Assembly: GCA_040954595.2 (NCBI GenBank)
Contig: CM082589.2
Location: 310,001 to 374,000, forward strand
DNA: 64,000 nucleotides
Source: Balanoglossus misakiensis
Lineage: Eukaryota; Animalia; Hemichordata
Reading direction: 5' to 3'
Below the pieces are notes generated by a model, which saw nothing but the letters and a program-made list of their open reading frames with translations, was not told where the DNA came from and made no database searches. This document shows positions 41,101 through 56,100 of the stretch, in pieces; the first letter of the stretch is position 1, and each line of letters starts with the position of its first letter. Position numbers and translations under genes: made by a program.

Positions 41101-44100
41101 ATTAAAATGCGTTGTATTTCACTTGTGGTGTTTCATCCAGGCCAGCATGCTCATATTGCATTTACAGTAATTTTCAGATTTGGAGAAAACTTAGAAAAGG
41201 TCTAGTAGTCCGAGTGTTTCAACCAAGCTGTAGAATTTACAGATTTTACAAAAATGTACCTGTTAAACTGTTAAAGGCTATGCAGAGTGAAATTGTCATT
41301 TGAAATGTGGATTATACTCCTATTGTGGTGCTCTTAACAAAGCACTGACTGCTGATTTGCTTTAAAATTACTATCCACTTCTCAGAGAGTACATGTATAA
41401 TTATTATGTGGTACTGTCCGTGTGAACGAAAGTATAGGGAAGTAAGGGGACACTAAATGACCCATAGTAACATAGTAACCATAGTGATGAGGTGGAGGTA
41501 ATCTTTAGAGCGAGTTTCTGGTTTCAAATTGTCTGCCTCAGGTTCCCAAATTAACAATGCTGTCTGATCTATGTGACCTCTGTTCAAGTTGATAACGAAG
41601 AACAGAGTCATCAGTCTGATTCCAACAACAAAAACCAAACAAGACATCCCATAATTTCGCTATTTCTGATTCCTCTGTGTGATGGGGAAGTCAATTTATG
41701 ATCAATTAAAGACACAAATGCATAAGAGTTTTCTGATAATGTCTTTGCCGCTTGATTTATTGGTCATTGTACATTTTTTGTAATGGTGTTCATCCAAGAA
41801 CAATTATCGAGTTCGATAAATTGGTTGTATGAATCTCAGTCATTTCCCAAGTCAATTTAATTCTCACAGTTTAATGACAGAAGTCCATTATCACGTCTTT
41901 TCAAGGGTTTACTGTCTTATACTCATAGCTCTAATCATAGTGTTTCCAAATCCCACAGTGTTTATGAGAGCGTAAAACCATCCAGAGATGGAATCCAAAA
42001 AATTCTTGCAATGTAATTGCTACACTTCTAAAAATATTGTTATTTTTGTGTGGAGTTGGGTGGAATTATGAAACGAAAGTGAATGTGCTGTACCATGTGT
42101 TGTACATCCTCAACGGACAAGATCTCAGGAATCTTCAGATTTTAAATGTTTTATCCTTTTTTCTCATTTTTAATATCAACAAAAGGAAGTTAAGAATAAT
42201 GTAAATAAATCTATCAAATTCTCATTCTATTGAAGCATTTATATATTAAAGATTAATCGCCTTCACTTAGAAGAGAAATTCAATTTCATAAATGATTCAT
42301 ACATCGCTCTGATTGTGCTGACCCCATGATAGGTGTCACTCGTATGGGCCATTGAGTAATACACATGGGATTCATAAATGTGAGTTATTATGTAGATTTC
42401 AAATGCTTCAAACTAGGTTGCAAAGTGAACTTTCTTATTGCCGACAGCTTTGTCTTGAATACACAATTATCTCGCTACTTTAGGATTATTCAGCAACAAT
42501 GAAAGACATTTATAACTGCTAATATTTCTTCTGTTGATGCCACTTGTTGGCATGAGTTTAATATTTGAGATTGACAAAAAGGGACAGAGCATCTAGCATT
42601 TGGCCCTACACTACAGAGATGAGACTTCTAGTACTAAGCAATTCTGTGTTCTTTAATACACAGCATGAATTGAAATTATCGCGAAAGTGATCAACTAGGG
42701 TCAAATGCTAGTTGCTCTGTCCCTTTTGGAAGTAGTTCACATCCTGAAAATTGAAAATTTAGGGTGCCTGAAGAAAGAAACTGTCTTGATTAATTGTTGT
42801 ATGTTCTAATCAAACAAGACATCAAGTCCCAAGGTAAGGAGAGATTACTTGAAATCAATTCAGTGATGTTAACTGTTTTAGACAAAGTGTCACTATCTGT
42901 TTTGGACCTTGACACTGAGAAGCCGTTAGTCACCTCATAAGTGTAGTTATAACAAGTAGTTCGCAACCTAATGTGTAGAGTTATTTCTCTGGATTAGCAC
43001 ACCACTCAAAATGCAAATCGATGGAAGACAGACCGTATACTTCACAACTGAAACTCGCAAATGTACACATGACAGGATTTCTTGTACTGCGAAAGGTTTA
43101 AACATTCAAGGTCTCTGCAGAATTTTCTGAAATCTATATTCTCTTAAATATTACAACTGCTCTCCTTTTAAACTACCGGTAAATGTTATTTGTACTGTTG
43201 CTGGGTATAGAGTATACAGTGGAAATCATTCTATCTTCACACTGAAATTCACAGTCATATATCCACATGGCATGTATATCAGCTAAGTGATACAGTATAT
43301 GCTGCCCAAATACCAAAGAAAAGCAGATGGTACATCTCCTTGACAGTGATGATTACACCTACCGGGTACTACATTTATTAGATCTATAGAAGATAGTAAA
43401 ACTGTTATTTCATTCAACATTTGTACATTCACTGTATTGTACAAATGAAGCATTTGCAGTGGTTAAACCTTTATCAAGTGTACTTATACGATGATAGTAA
43501 ATGTTACATTAATCTCAGCTGACATTTCTCTAAGAAGAGCTTAAATTAATTCCCTAGGTGACTAGCTGCATTTCAATTATGTACAATTCACTGAATATTG
43601 ATCATAGTTCATACAATTTTGCAATTCACCTACACCATAATTACACAGATGGTCAATGGATGCATGCACAGAATATAAAATGCTTTTCAATCACGAACAC
43701 TGGGCATACTTCTATCCAGTACGTCCATGACTCCCCTGATAATTCTAAATTCCCAGTTGTAAAATCCTTTGCCTCTCTCTATGTGTATCCTTGATATAAT
43801 CTCTAAGCATTATTGCTTGCATTTCTGTAGAAGTAAAACATGTTCAAAGTTTATGGTTGGATGAATATTCACTATTACATGAACATTGATGAGGCATGTT
43901 TTATGATGTGGTCTGATCTAAAAATTTCAGTGGTTATAAAACAAGAGCTATATTTTTTATAACATTTTCTCCAAAATATAAGAAATTGCTGGAAACACGG
44001 CCAACAATATTTAAGTTTTCCAAAATGCAATCATAATTTCATCATGTTAAAACTTGTTTTACGACTAACGAATTATTATATAATGCATGATGGATCATTT

Positions 44101-47100
44101 TTCCATCCTAGAGCTGACAGCTATGGGCTCCGGGTACAGCTTGTACATTTGAAAGTGTGTGCAATTGTTGCCTGTCTCTCTACTAAGTGAATTGATTGGA
44201 AATCTTAAACTCAGTGGGGATGCAGGAATAGATTACATGGATTGTTGGATGGGATATATCTCATTGTATCTGACAGACTGACTGTTCCATTTATGTAGCT
44301 GTGAACATATTGGATTGAATCCTGCCAAGTTTGAGTTTGCGGATTAACGATATGGAGTACAGGGTCAACAGAAAATATGAAGTTTTCTTGTAGTCCTCTC
44401 TAATGAAAACTTTAATGAATGTGAACATGGACATCAATATCCGACTGTAATGGATGCAAATTATAAATTTGTACACCTGAAAATATTTTCTGCACACACC
44501 TGCAGATCATCAATTTTATCTCTCATGGGAATCTGATCTTCAAAGGAGACTGCTTTCATAATTAATCAATAAATCAAAATTTTTATTCATTGACCTATTT
44601 TTAGAAAGTAGATCATAGAATTTTATTCAAGTCAAGAGGCATATATTAACAGAGAAAATTCAATTCATATCTTCCTCACCCAGAAGTAGAAGAAACATTT
44701 ATGTGTGACACCTTGAATGGAAGAGCGATACCCAAAATCTAAATTTTGGATTGATTTACTTCTCAGATTATAAGTGTATCACTGACCAACGTTGTGTAAT
44801 ATGTTTTGTTGCAGCACATTCACATGTCATTCCTGAGGACTGTTCCACCTTATTCTAATCAGGCCGTAGTTTGGGTGGACTTACTCAAACACTATGGATG
44901 GACACGTGTTGTCATGATAACCAGTAATGATCAAGATGGCCGGGCAATTTTAAATACGTTTCATAGTTTTGAAGATGAACTGAACAGCAATGGCTACATG
45001 GTAAGGGTAGGTGTTCCATCATCTGCTTGTCCTGTCTGGCATGGCAATTAAGTTTGTCTGGTGAAAATAACTGGTGTGAAGGCACATAGCTGGCATGTCA
45101 GTTTACATCCCTGGTAGGGTAGGACCCTGGTAAGCTCATATCAAACTATAGAGTGAACACACATTGCATGCATGCCATGAGGGCTATAGCACCCGTCTAT
45201 TTCCCCTGAGGGACTGTGAGTTACCAGAATATTCTGGAAACTCATGATCACGAAGGGAAATAAACAGGTGCTATAGCTCAAAAATAGGCAAGACAATATT
45301 CTTTTTACAATGCAACTCTTGCTTGCTGAAGTTTTTGCTCCGGGACTTTAGAAAGAATGGTCTGCATTTCAGATGGAAGTCACACCTAGTGCATTTATAT
45401 GCAAGCGGTAACACTGATTGACAATTAAGATAAATGATACTTACAATAATGTTTGATGTTAAATTTCTTGATTGTCAATGAAAGCATTGGAGAAGCTTAT
45501 GCTTGCAGTATGTTGAATATTCATTGTTCCATTTCTGACATGTTAATTTCATTTACAGATTGAACAGTCATTGGTTTATAAACCAGGTGGTGACAACATC
45601 AGTAGTTTATTTACAACGATCAGTACAATCCAGTCAAGAGTTTTTCTTCTCTATGCAAGGTATTGTAGTTTTCTCATTTTCCTCACATACATGACACACA
45701 CATACACACTTGAATATGAAGTACTTGGAATTTTAGTGGCTTCATAACCTTCCCCTCTATTTCTCTACAAATAAGTTGCATCAGTGCAAGAAGGTCATAT
45801 ACGTATTTGCATATTTCCAATGAATTTAAGAAATATATTTCTCATGGGAGGAATCTTCCCATTTGATATTTAGATCAGATGTTCAGCTTTCCTGGAAATA
45901 TGCCAAGATGCTTTCTTGCACTGAAACAAAGAAGTCTGCTTTTACAAAGTTACAATGGAGAGGGGGGGGGGGGGGGGTGAACCAGGGGGAGAGACAATAT
46001 GGATTAGGGTTTGTGCATTTGTATGTGTGCAATGTCCATTTGTCTGCAGCCTTTTCTGCTGTGATGCGTAAATCATTAGCGAAGTATTGGTAAATGTAAC
46101 ATCCTATCTGTAATGTTCATTTTGATGTCGTTAAGGGTCATTTGTTTCCATGTTGTTGTCATTTCTTTAATGCATCAGCCATTCTGTCATGTGTTAGCAG
46201 GATGAGACAAGCAGGTGGTAAACGCTAGCTGTAAGTGCAAAGAGTAAAGTAACACTGGTCAATATTTTTTATACACTTTAAATCTGTCAATATAAGTTTG
46301 ACTTTCTCATGTGTGTATGGAATCTTTCAAAGATTCAAATTTCTGTTTTGTATCATAAGACTATTTGCTGTACCGGTAATTTAGGAATAACGTATGTGTC
46401 ATCTTGGATGACATTGGCATTTAAATTAATCTTGAATTTTGAAAATAACTTGGCTTGGTTTTGTCTGATGGTTTTGATGAAAACTCACAATATAAGTCTT
46501 ATCATAGGCATATCTGCTTCAACATCTGTAACCTGAGAATTGAGGTCATAAGAATCAATAAGGTAGGCGTCACATTGCCTGATAGTATTTGACAAGGGCA
46601 TATACCTTTGGGGCAAATCCACATTTTTTGTTTGAAAATATTCAAAATGTTTACATAACGCTAAAGTTATAAATTGAATGACTTAACTCCCTATATAGGT
46701 GTGTTGATTCATCTGATTTTCACATAAAAAGCGGAAATAACTTGAGTATGTGATTTGCTATGTGAAATCTTTAATGCCTGTAAATAATTGAATTGCAAAT
46801 CACAGAGTTTAGATAAAGCCAACCGAAAATCAATAGCAACACCTTCTAGCAATCAATTTGTAGATATTTTTATACAAATACACAATGATAGCATACCACG
46901 TACACTGTGGTTAAAACCAGTTTTATGCGTAAAACTATTGCTTTGACCTCAAAACAGTTCTTTCCAATTTTGTGCAATTTCATATAGCAATGAGAATGCT
47001 GGTACAGTGATCAGGGAAAACAAAACTTCACTTGGGCTCTGATTTTAATAGATTCTCAAACAAATGCATTTCACACTATTTGAACAGTTACCTGACAATC

Positions 47101-50100
47101 TCATAATCTGATTATCATTTTGAAATATTCTATGTAAGAGATAGAATATAGACAATTGTTATCATCAGCTGATACAAGGAATGTTGTGTGTAACATATCT
47201 GTACACTGCCATATTAACAAAGAAATACGTTTACATTGAATCAGATAGAAGTGTCAATCTTCCCAAACTACAGCTGTGCATGGTTATCGTGAATGTAACA
47301 TATTGCAATAATACTAGAGTACATTGTGAGTGTGTGCATGTTATGAGATTATGATACATAGAACTTTTCCAACAGATTCACACAATACATTATCAGCTGC
47401 AGTTTATCAGTAATGTTGATAAATATAACCAAACGTGGCTGTTCTGAATGATAACAGGAAATTTCAGAAATCTCAAAACTATCTCTCCATGAAAACTGCA
47501 CAATTCACTCTCAGCATCAAGATTTGCCCCTTCCCCTAAAAAGACAACTTTTTAATTATTGGTGTGTGTTGCAAGATCATTGCTTTCATTTTAGGTCAAA
47601 CCGCTAAATGGCTTGTTAGAGGGTCATTATTGATAGAGATAGAGATAGATATCATTTCTCCAAGTACATTGTATAACACCTTCAGCAAGAGTGTGCATTT
47701 GGAAGTGTCGTTACTACAAGCATTGAAGTCTTCCAATTACTGTTAAATTCCGAGGGATATGAGGTTTTTTTCCAATTGATAGGTCTGCATTAAGCTTCAG
47801 GATAACCTTCAGGTTCACAAGTCTATAATTGGAAATCTTGAACTTTAATTTCAAGCGCACTTGGGAAGTCAATGAATCTTCAGCAAAATTGGATTTCATA
47901 ATCTCTGTGCCTGATTTGTATAGGATTATTTGGATCTTGACAAGTTATTTTAATCATAGACACTGTTTAAACACTACAAAAACTGAGTGATAATTGTCCA
48001 AAATTGGCAGAAAGTATGCATTTCCCTTCACTAAAAATCTTTCAGCAAAATCTTTTTCAGATATTTAACCAGTTTCATAATAGAATTAGATCACAACGCG
48101 AAGCATGAAATTGCGTATCGTGGCGAAAGTGTGCAACGGCAGAAGGCATCTGTTCATGAAAGTTGGTACATCAAGTATATTAATCTGAAAATGAAATTGG
48201 GTACCATCAGATTGAGCTTTTGGATTTAGTAGGTGGAAATGAAGAGTTTCTTCTTTCTGGCTTCTTTGGCCCAATCCTTAGATTAATGCACTCAGCCTAT
48301 GAAACTCAGGAAGTGTTTTTTATACAGAGAAACAGCAGGTGCAGTGTACTCCAAATGGCAACAAATTTCCATCTCCAAATCTCTAAGTAGATTGTACTTA
48401 CCAGTACTGTTACATGTATGTGATTTCACAAGTAATATTTTTTTAATTGCCAGCGTTTCATGAAGCAGACAAGAAAACCAGCTGTATCTTATCTAAAATT
48501 GATTATATTTGCATAAATTTATGTGAGAACCCCCTCAATACATATCCATGAAATGGTTTCAAATGTCCATATAGTTAATAGTTAGATGGTTTAAAACATT
48601 TATAAATGATACGCTTGAATGGTCAGAGAAGTTATAATTGTCATGGCAATTATTGTGGGGGAGCTTATTGGATGATAATATGCAGAAACAAGCACCATTA
48701 TGATATGATATACATTTGCTACACTATTTGTCAACAATGATGAATATTCATCAAATTGTTTATTACCACATAAAATAATTTGTAAGATAATAAAACTGAA
48801 ATGCCATTTAGGAATAAACTCACAATTTGAATCAATACATTGTGAAATCATATGTTTGGAGCAGCAGAGAAATAATTCTAATACAGTGTACATGCATTTA
48901 CTGATGTACAGTTGCACTGCTATCATGTGACTTCTCTAGTGTGCATAAGTCTATTGACAAGAAACAAATACTTTTAAGGTGAAAGTTGTCAGAGTTTGAA
49001 ATCTCCAAAGAGCAGAAGTTTGTCTATCCTTGATAGTTCATGGGGTCTGTGATGCTTTTAAAGTGACATGGACTACTTGAATTGCGGAAAGCACTTCCTG
49101 ACTGAACTGCGAGTGGTCATAAATATACATTACTACTGGATAATTGAATTGAATTCGTTACTTAAACGTTGTTTGAAAAGGGGAACAGATATTATCTGCA
49201 AATTAAAGAGAGTAACTCATACAGTCACATTTGTATGGTGAGTCCTTATTCTAATTTATGGAATGTTCTGTTGAAAGTGATAATCCCATTTTCCGCAATG
49301 ATTCATCATGACTGACTAGGGTAAGGATTTGCAGTTAATACTCTGTCCCATCAGTAGCATGTTAATGGATCGACCATCTCCGACATCCAAAAGATACGCA
49401 TGTAGTTTTATACATGAATTATCCACTAAAACATTAAACATAAGAAATGCATTAGAAAATAAAAACTGTTTGAGAACCGTACTAAAACCTATGTGGGTCT
49501 AACTACAGCTGCCATTTACTTTTATGCATCCTAATCAAATTGATGATGGATTTTTATGAATCGAGTCTTACGAAATGAGTTGGCTCTGGCAACATTAAAG
49601 GTACATAATGGTCACACATGCAAATTTTGCTACATGCAGTTATCATGGTAATTAGTTGAGATCTAGCCTGTGAATCATGGATTTTTACTGGGTGGCCATG
49701 TGGAAAAAAAACTGCCATCAAACGTTAATTTGGAGAGTTGGACATTCCTTTTTAATCATATATGGGTGTGGACATGGATTTCAAAGTGAACCATTATAGT
49801 GAGGTTTTGGGGAAAAGCCTATATAGGGAATGTAGAGCCACTTGACATGCTACTACTATGCTGTGATCTCAGAATTCTATCAGAATGCTAACAAAAGATG
49901 CTGTAATTACTGCACCAGCTGTTACCAATCACATGGACCTCGACTTTACACAGAATATCAGGCATAAGAGATAGACACCTCAATAATGTCGTCAACACAC
50001 AGATTTCAATATTTTCTGTTATAAAGCAAAGTTAACGATCACTCAATGAGTGGTTTTTATTGTAGATGTCTGAGTATTTGCCCGTCACGATAAAAGATTT

Positions 50101-53100
50101 ATTCTAAGAGCACCCTCTTTTAAACATACTATTTTGCAATGCCCTGTCGAGATATATGGTTCTGTATCAGTGCAGATCAACATTCATTTTTCCATTACAG
50201 TTCAGTGAAGGTTTTACTAAACATGGTTTTAGATATTGTAATGGCAACACAACTGCATATGTTCAGGTCAAAGTCGGTAACTTTACAATGCATGGTTACA
50301 GATGAAATTTACAATTCTGACCTACATGCCTATGAGGATGGTCGGCCAGTAACAGCTTATTAAAATGCATTGTGTGTATACGGTAGCGAAGAATTATAGC
50401 TGTGATTTGCCAACCTTGATAGAGTTTTCTCTTGTAGAAATAAGTTCACCCTGTTTAGCTTATCATGAGGAAATTGATCCAAGCTGTACTATTTGTGGAT
50501 TTCCTTTGCAGTTGAATTTGCTTCCATGTAATGTGCAAACATATTGCTACAGATTTTGAGTATTTTATACTTTACTATGGTTAATTAATTCATGTTTATT
50601 TTTTTCATCAAATGCTTCAACAGTTTAGAGTAATACAACATAAGAATTTTTTTTCTGAAGCTATGAAGGAAAGCAAATTGACATTGCGTTCTATTCAAAC
50701 AACACATTGTAATCGAAAAGCCATATTTTATTTCTGATATTTCGTGTCTTCTATGATATGAATTATGAGTTGAATCACTATAGAAATTAGATTTTTGAAC
50801 ACTGATCCATAAGACCGACCATCAATAAGCAACAGATGGTGCTATAGAGATTTAGTAGCCAATATTGTAGTGTGATATTAAAGCCAATTGAAATCAAACA
50901 ATGTAAACACCAAGGCAGACAATACTGCCGCAAAGTTAATTCAGTTTTCCGGCCAATAATATAAAGTTGTTCTGTAGAAGTATTCCATGCTCTAATCACA
51001 GTATAATACATTAAGAATCAATTATAGTATCATAAAACTTTGATGTATAACTTTTCAGCATGCGAGTCTGCATTTACTGGTACATGGCGGTAAGTCAACA
51101 GTTTTACTTCCATGCTGAACTGGAGTGCTGGGGTAGTGGGAGATTAATGTTGTGTGTTAAAACTGGCCGAGCCAGGATTTCCATAACAGAGTGTGCCTTG
51201 CAGCTTTCATTAAAATTGAAAATGACCGCAGGGAAGATGCATGCATTCCTGGACAGCAGTGCTGATAACTTAGAGTGCAGGACTGTTACGTATTCTGCTG
51301 AAAGACAATAACACCCGAGAGAAATGGGAAAATAATGTGTAGAGTATCATAGTCAGGAAGTTGGAAACACTTTGAGACTGACGCTAATGGTATACTTAGC
51401 TTTCTGAGGTGTTGAACCCCTTGAGGCAGGCGTACATTATTACAATAATTCATACATGAAAGTTCTTATCTCTCTTGTATGATAATATTGAATTGCAAAC
51501 TAGTGAGAAAAACTATCAATGTCTTGTAGTAAAGACTATAGTCTGGTATTTTTGATTTGCACGTCTGACACACACATAAATTACACATCACACATGTACA
51601 TACACACACTAGTGTGAAATGTACGGAATCGTGTGTAAAAATTTTGAGTGATTTGGTCAATTCTAAACCAAAACATAGTCATGCTCATGACCACAGTGAT
51701 ATGGGTGAAAGATTTAATTTTAATTAGATTTTGTATTACGAGTGCATTTCCAATGGAATTCTGCAGTTCTAAACAAATTCACCGATTCTCATCTTCCTTC
51801 AGATCCAGTGCCTTTGATGACTCAGTGATCTACTAAAGGCACTGATCTCATCAAACCGAATTACTCTGAAACATCTCAGAAAATAAAATTATACGGCACA
51901 CTTTATTGAAAGCACTTGGAAGTTATGTTTGTCCCACTTCATAAAATACACTTTAGTTGTTTTGCCTTTCAAAATCATGACTATAGGGATACATGTAAGT
52001 TTGTCTGACTTTGAAGACCTTATGAATGGATGCACTCATCAGGAGTAATTGCTGTGGTTTGTCCGCCGTTCAATTCATGGTAATTGTGTTATTGAAAAGA
52101 GCATTGATAGTTCCTTTTAAGAGCAGTCCTCATCAGTCCGTTGGTATTAAACTGTATTAGCAGTTTCTCACGTACAAAGCAGCCACATGAGACACTGATA
52201 TAAGGAATACAGTCTGTGTGTGCTTATTCGTAGTGTTCATGAATTGAAGCAGTATAACACATGTGATTTCCAAGCCTTATTCTGTTCAGCACAGTTATTC
52301 TTGATTCTTTGTGGATGTACTTTTCGATATTGAACTTTGAAATAGAAGACAAATGAACAAATGATAAAGAAATATTAGGGTACAAGATATTGCAACTAAT
52401 ATCAATATTTAATGCCATGCTAGCTAAATATATACAGTGTATATGGGAACATATTTAATATCTCTTGATATTGTTGTGTTGCAAGTGCATTTGGCAGCCT
52501 GATCATCATTGAATACTTGTAAAGCCAGTCAGTGAGATTAGTTGCTAGGGCTCTTGGTTGCTAGGGCTCTGGTTTCCAAGGCACTGTCTGATCAACTTTT
52601 TGATTGCCCAACTTCAACTTTCAATGCATTAGAGAAGATGTAGCTAACCAATTCAAATATACAGATTGTAGTCTTATCTTCAAGTGTGTACTCACTTTAA
52701 GGCATCCAAGTCTGTCTTTGTCTGGTCTCAGCTGGCTTTTAGGAGAGGAAATTCTGAACACAATAACCTCGGCACTAAGTTGAGTTATTTTTCAATTTCT
52801 ATGTATACTTGGTTTTTAGATAATTAAGAGAGTTTGTTACAACCACTTAAAGTTGAATACAGCCAAGTGATCACTGGAAGAGATTCTATTTAATCAGAAG
52901 ACTCTTGACCAGTTTGGGATTTTCTTGTGTTGATAGACCTTGATCAGATTATATGCAACAATCAAGCAGCATTAGATGTGTCTACCTAGTTATGCTGCTT
53001 TTAAGAATTTTTAAATGACAACACAGAAATCAAGTTAACAAATTTCGTACTCCATTGAATATCATAAATTTAATTTTTAGTAGTCAATCAAGGAAGTCTT

Positions 53101-56100
53101 TTTGAATATTTACATCCAACTTAATCAATCAATCAATCATCTTCCTACCATCTTGAATCCTTACTGTAGTTGTTAACATACACGTATGCATGTTGGCAAC
53201 TATAAACTACTGGATATTTTAGTATGTTTGTGATATGTACCCATATCATGCAACATATCATTTCTCAATCATTGTAATCAAGATATTTTCTAAATCACAA
53301 TAATTGCAACATGCTTGCGTATAAAAAGACTTTCTCCACCACTATAATTGTTACAAATAAGGATACTTTGGAGGAATGTTCAAGATAATATGCCTGTAGT
53401 GGCAGAACTAGTGAATTAAATTGAGTAGAACTAATGGATCTGGAGTATATTTCATTACATTACGGTAATTTACTTTGCTGAAAATCACTTCAATTTGGAA
53501 AATATTATTCTAGCGTAAACAGTGATGACTGGAAACATCCAAGATGTATATCATGTACAAACACCTCACGCTGTCTTTCTGACTGTGCACAGACACAGCC
53601 TTATTGCCATTGTCATGTCACATTTCTACAGGCAATGATAATAATCAAATATCAATTGAGCAATCATGAGACCGGTTCTAAAATGTGTTTCCATGGTAAC
53701 AGGTGCACTGTCGCCATTAGGCTGTCTTCTGTGACCTCATTGGGCGGGTTAAGCACTGAGATTTTCACAGAAAATTACCTCAGATTACACAAGAAACAGT
53801 AGAGTTTAATGGTAAACATTTCAGAGTAGCATCATCTGCAAAATTATTCAAAGATAGATGTGTCTTTGCCAGACAGTAATGCTCTCCTATCATTAGCCAT
53901 CATTACTTTGCTGTTGCTATGGTTATCTGCCTCTGAAGCAAGACATCACTAGTAGTACCTTAAACCTGCTTCGTATCTGCCATGATTGTAGTGATGTCCC
54001 TTCAAACCAGAAGTTGCAGCACTTTCACTCTTCTGAAGTTGTTCATTCTGTCATCATGTTTGCATTTATTTGCCAAGAACATAATTTGTTAAGATTTATT
54101 CAAGGAAAATTTCATGTTATTGGACTTAAGGCATATCAGATCACTCTAAATCTTTAGAACAAGAAGTTTAGGACATGCAAAACCAAAATTCTGAAGAAAA
54201 GAAATTGTACAAGTAACAGATTGTAGCTTCGCTATATAGGAATTAATTAGTCCATTGTCTTGTCACGTTATCCAGGTGACCAGATCTAATCTCTTAGATG
54301 TGACAAGAACATCTCCAAAAGTATGCATCAGTCAGTTTAATTAGATCAGGCTATTTCTAATTAGACAAATGGCCTTTGATCTGTTCTTCCTATCTGCAGG
54401 AGATACATTGCTACAGACTTTTGCATTTTTATTCAGAAAAGACTGGCAATTTATATCTCTCTGGATATTCCAGTATGTACCCATAAGTATCAGCTGCAGC
54501 AATCCAATTTATTGAATTCCCATGATGCATAGGCACTAAATGAACATGTTCCAATCTTTGTCTGGCTCTCTTTAAGCTTGCGGCAGTCTACCAATTAAAC
54601 TGATGCATCCTGGGAAGAACGTAATGATTTTACACATGTTCCATGTGTTAGTGCTGTGGGCACAGATTCCATGTACTTGTCATTTCAAAGGTACACACTT
54701 TCTGCCTCAGTGTTGGTGACAAATATCATTTGCAAACGTCAGCTTGAAATATCACCTCAACTCCATTTGAAATGAGACAGGTATAGTGCATTAAAAATTG
54801 GACAAACATGAAACGTGTGCATGCAAATGACATCTCCATTTAGCTGTCAGTGTTAATGTGTTAATTCATGTGTAGACTGGCTCTACTGACTTCAAAGCAT
54901 AGCATACCATATATGCATGTACCTAGCATATAGTACGTTATGTGACAAAATTTTCAAAAATAGTAACACAGATCTTATAACATTTATTAGTTGTCTGTTT
55001 GATTTCTGTAAAGTTAAATTTCAGAAGAAATTATCTATGCGACATAAATCAAGAGTTTTTTAAGTCTTTAAGCAATATATATTCATTTGATTTCTTGAGA
55101 AACATGTAAGACGTACACCGTAATGTGAAAATCTTTCATGTGTGTGAAACTTGCAGGTGATGCTATAAACATTAATTGCATAATGTGACCTGGTAGAAAG
55201 TGTTCAGGTTGTAGTTCTCAAGTGTAAACAGACATGGATATGTTTCTGGAGGCAATATCATTTTTCTGAAATCAGTCTGTAACCACTGCTTGTTAACAAT
55301 GGCATAGAAACTCAGTGATTCTGCAAAACTTGCATTTCCAAATCGCAAATTGGGAAGAGTAAGTTTGCCACAGAGTATTATCAACATTGGTTTGTGTCTG
55401 CTCTGTTTTGCTAAACTGATGACATGAGTCAAATTATGTACTGGATTTATCCCATAGTCTAGTACCAAAGGCTCATGCATACCAATCAGTAATTCTTGAA
55501 AATTTATGTTGCAATATTAGACACCATCCAATAATATACCATACCCTTCCCCTGACAATAAGTACAATATTACATACCAACCAAGCTTTAGAATTTTATT
55601 ATTATAATTCATACAAATCAATGACCTAATATTTGAATGAAAACACTATATTTACATCAAATTACTGCATGCAAAGTAATGCACACCATGAATTTTCTGC
55701 CCAGCAACATTTGTTATATGAAGTGTGTACCTTAGGTGACAGTGTTAGATTGAAATAACTAACCCTAGCTAATACAATCATGCCAATTCATGCAAAAAAT
55801 AATTGTATATAACAGCGCAGTGTGATATTTAGTTCTAGAATAACTCATTTTTTCGCTTGTGTCTGTTACATCATATGATGAAGATCCAGTTGCGAGACAA
55901 ATTCAATAAGTTTTGATTTGACAAGCTATCAGAAAGGAATATTGAATCACAAGATTCTGTTCATTTTCAATTCAATTTTGTTGTCTGTCGACTCCGACTG
56001 ACAGTTCATCTTCATAAGCTGTACTAGGATGTCAGAAGAGTCCTGTACCATGGCTGTGTGTACATTCTACTACAGGGATGTGTGTTGATCAAGTTGCCTG

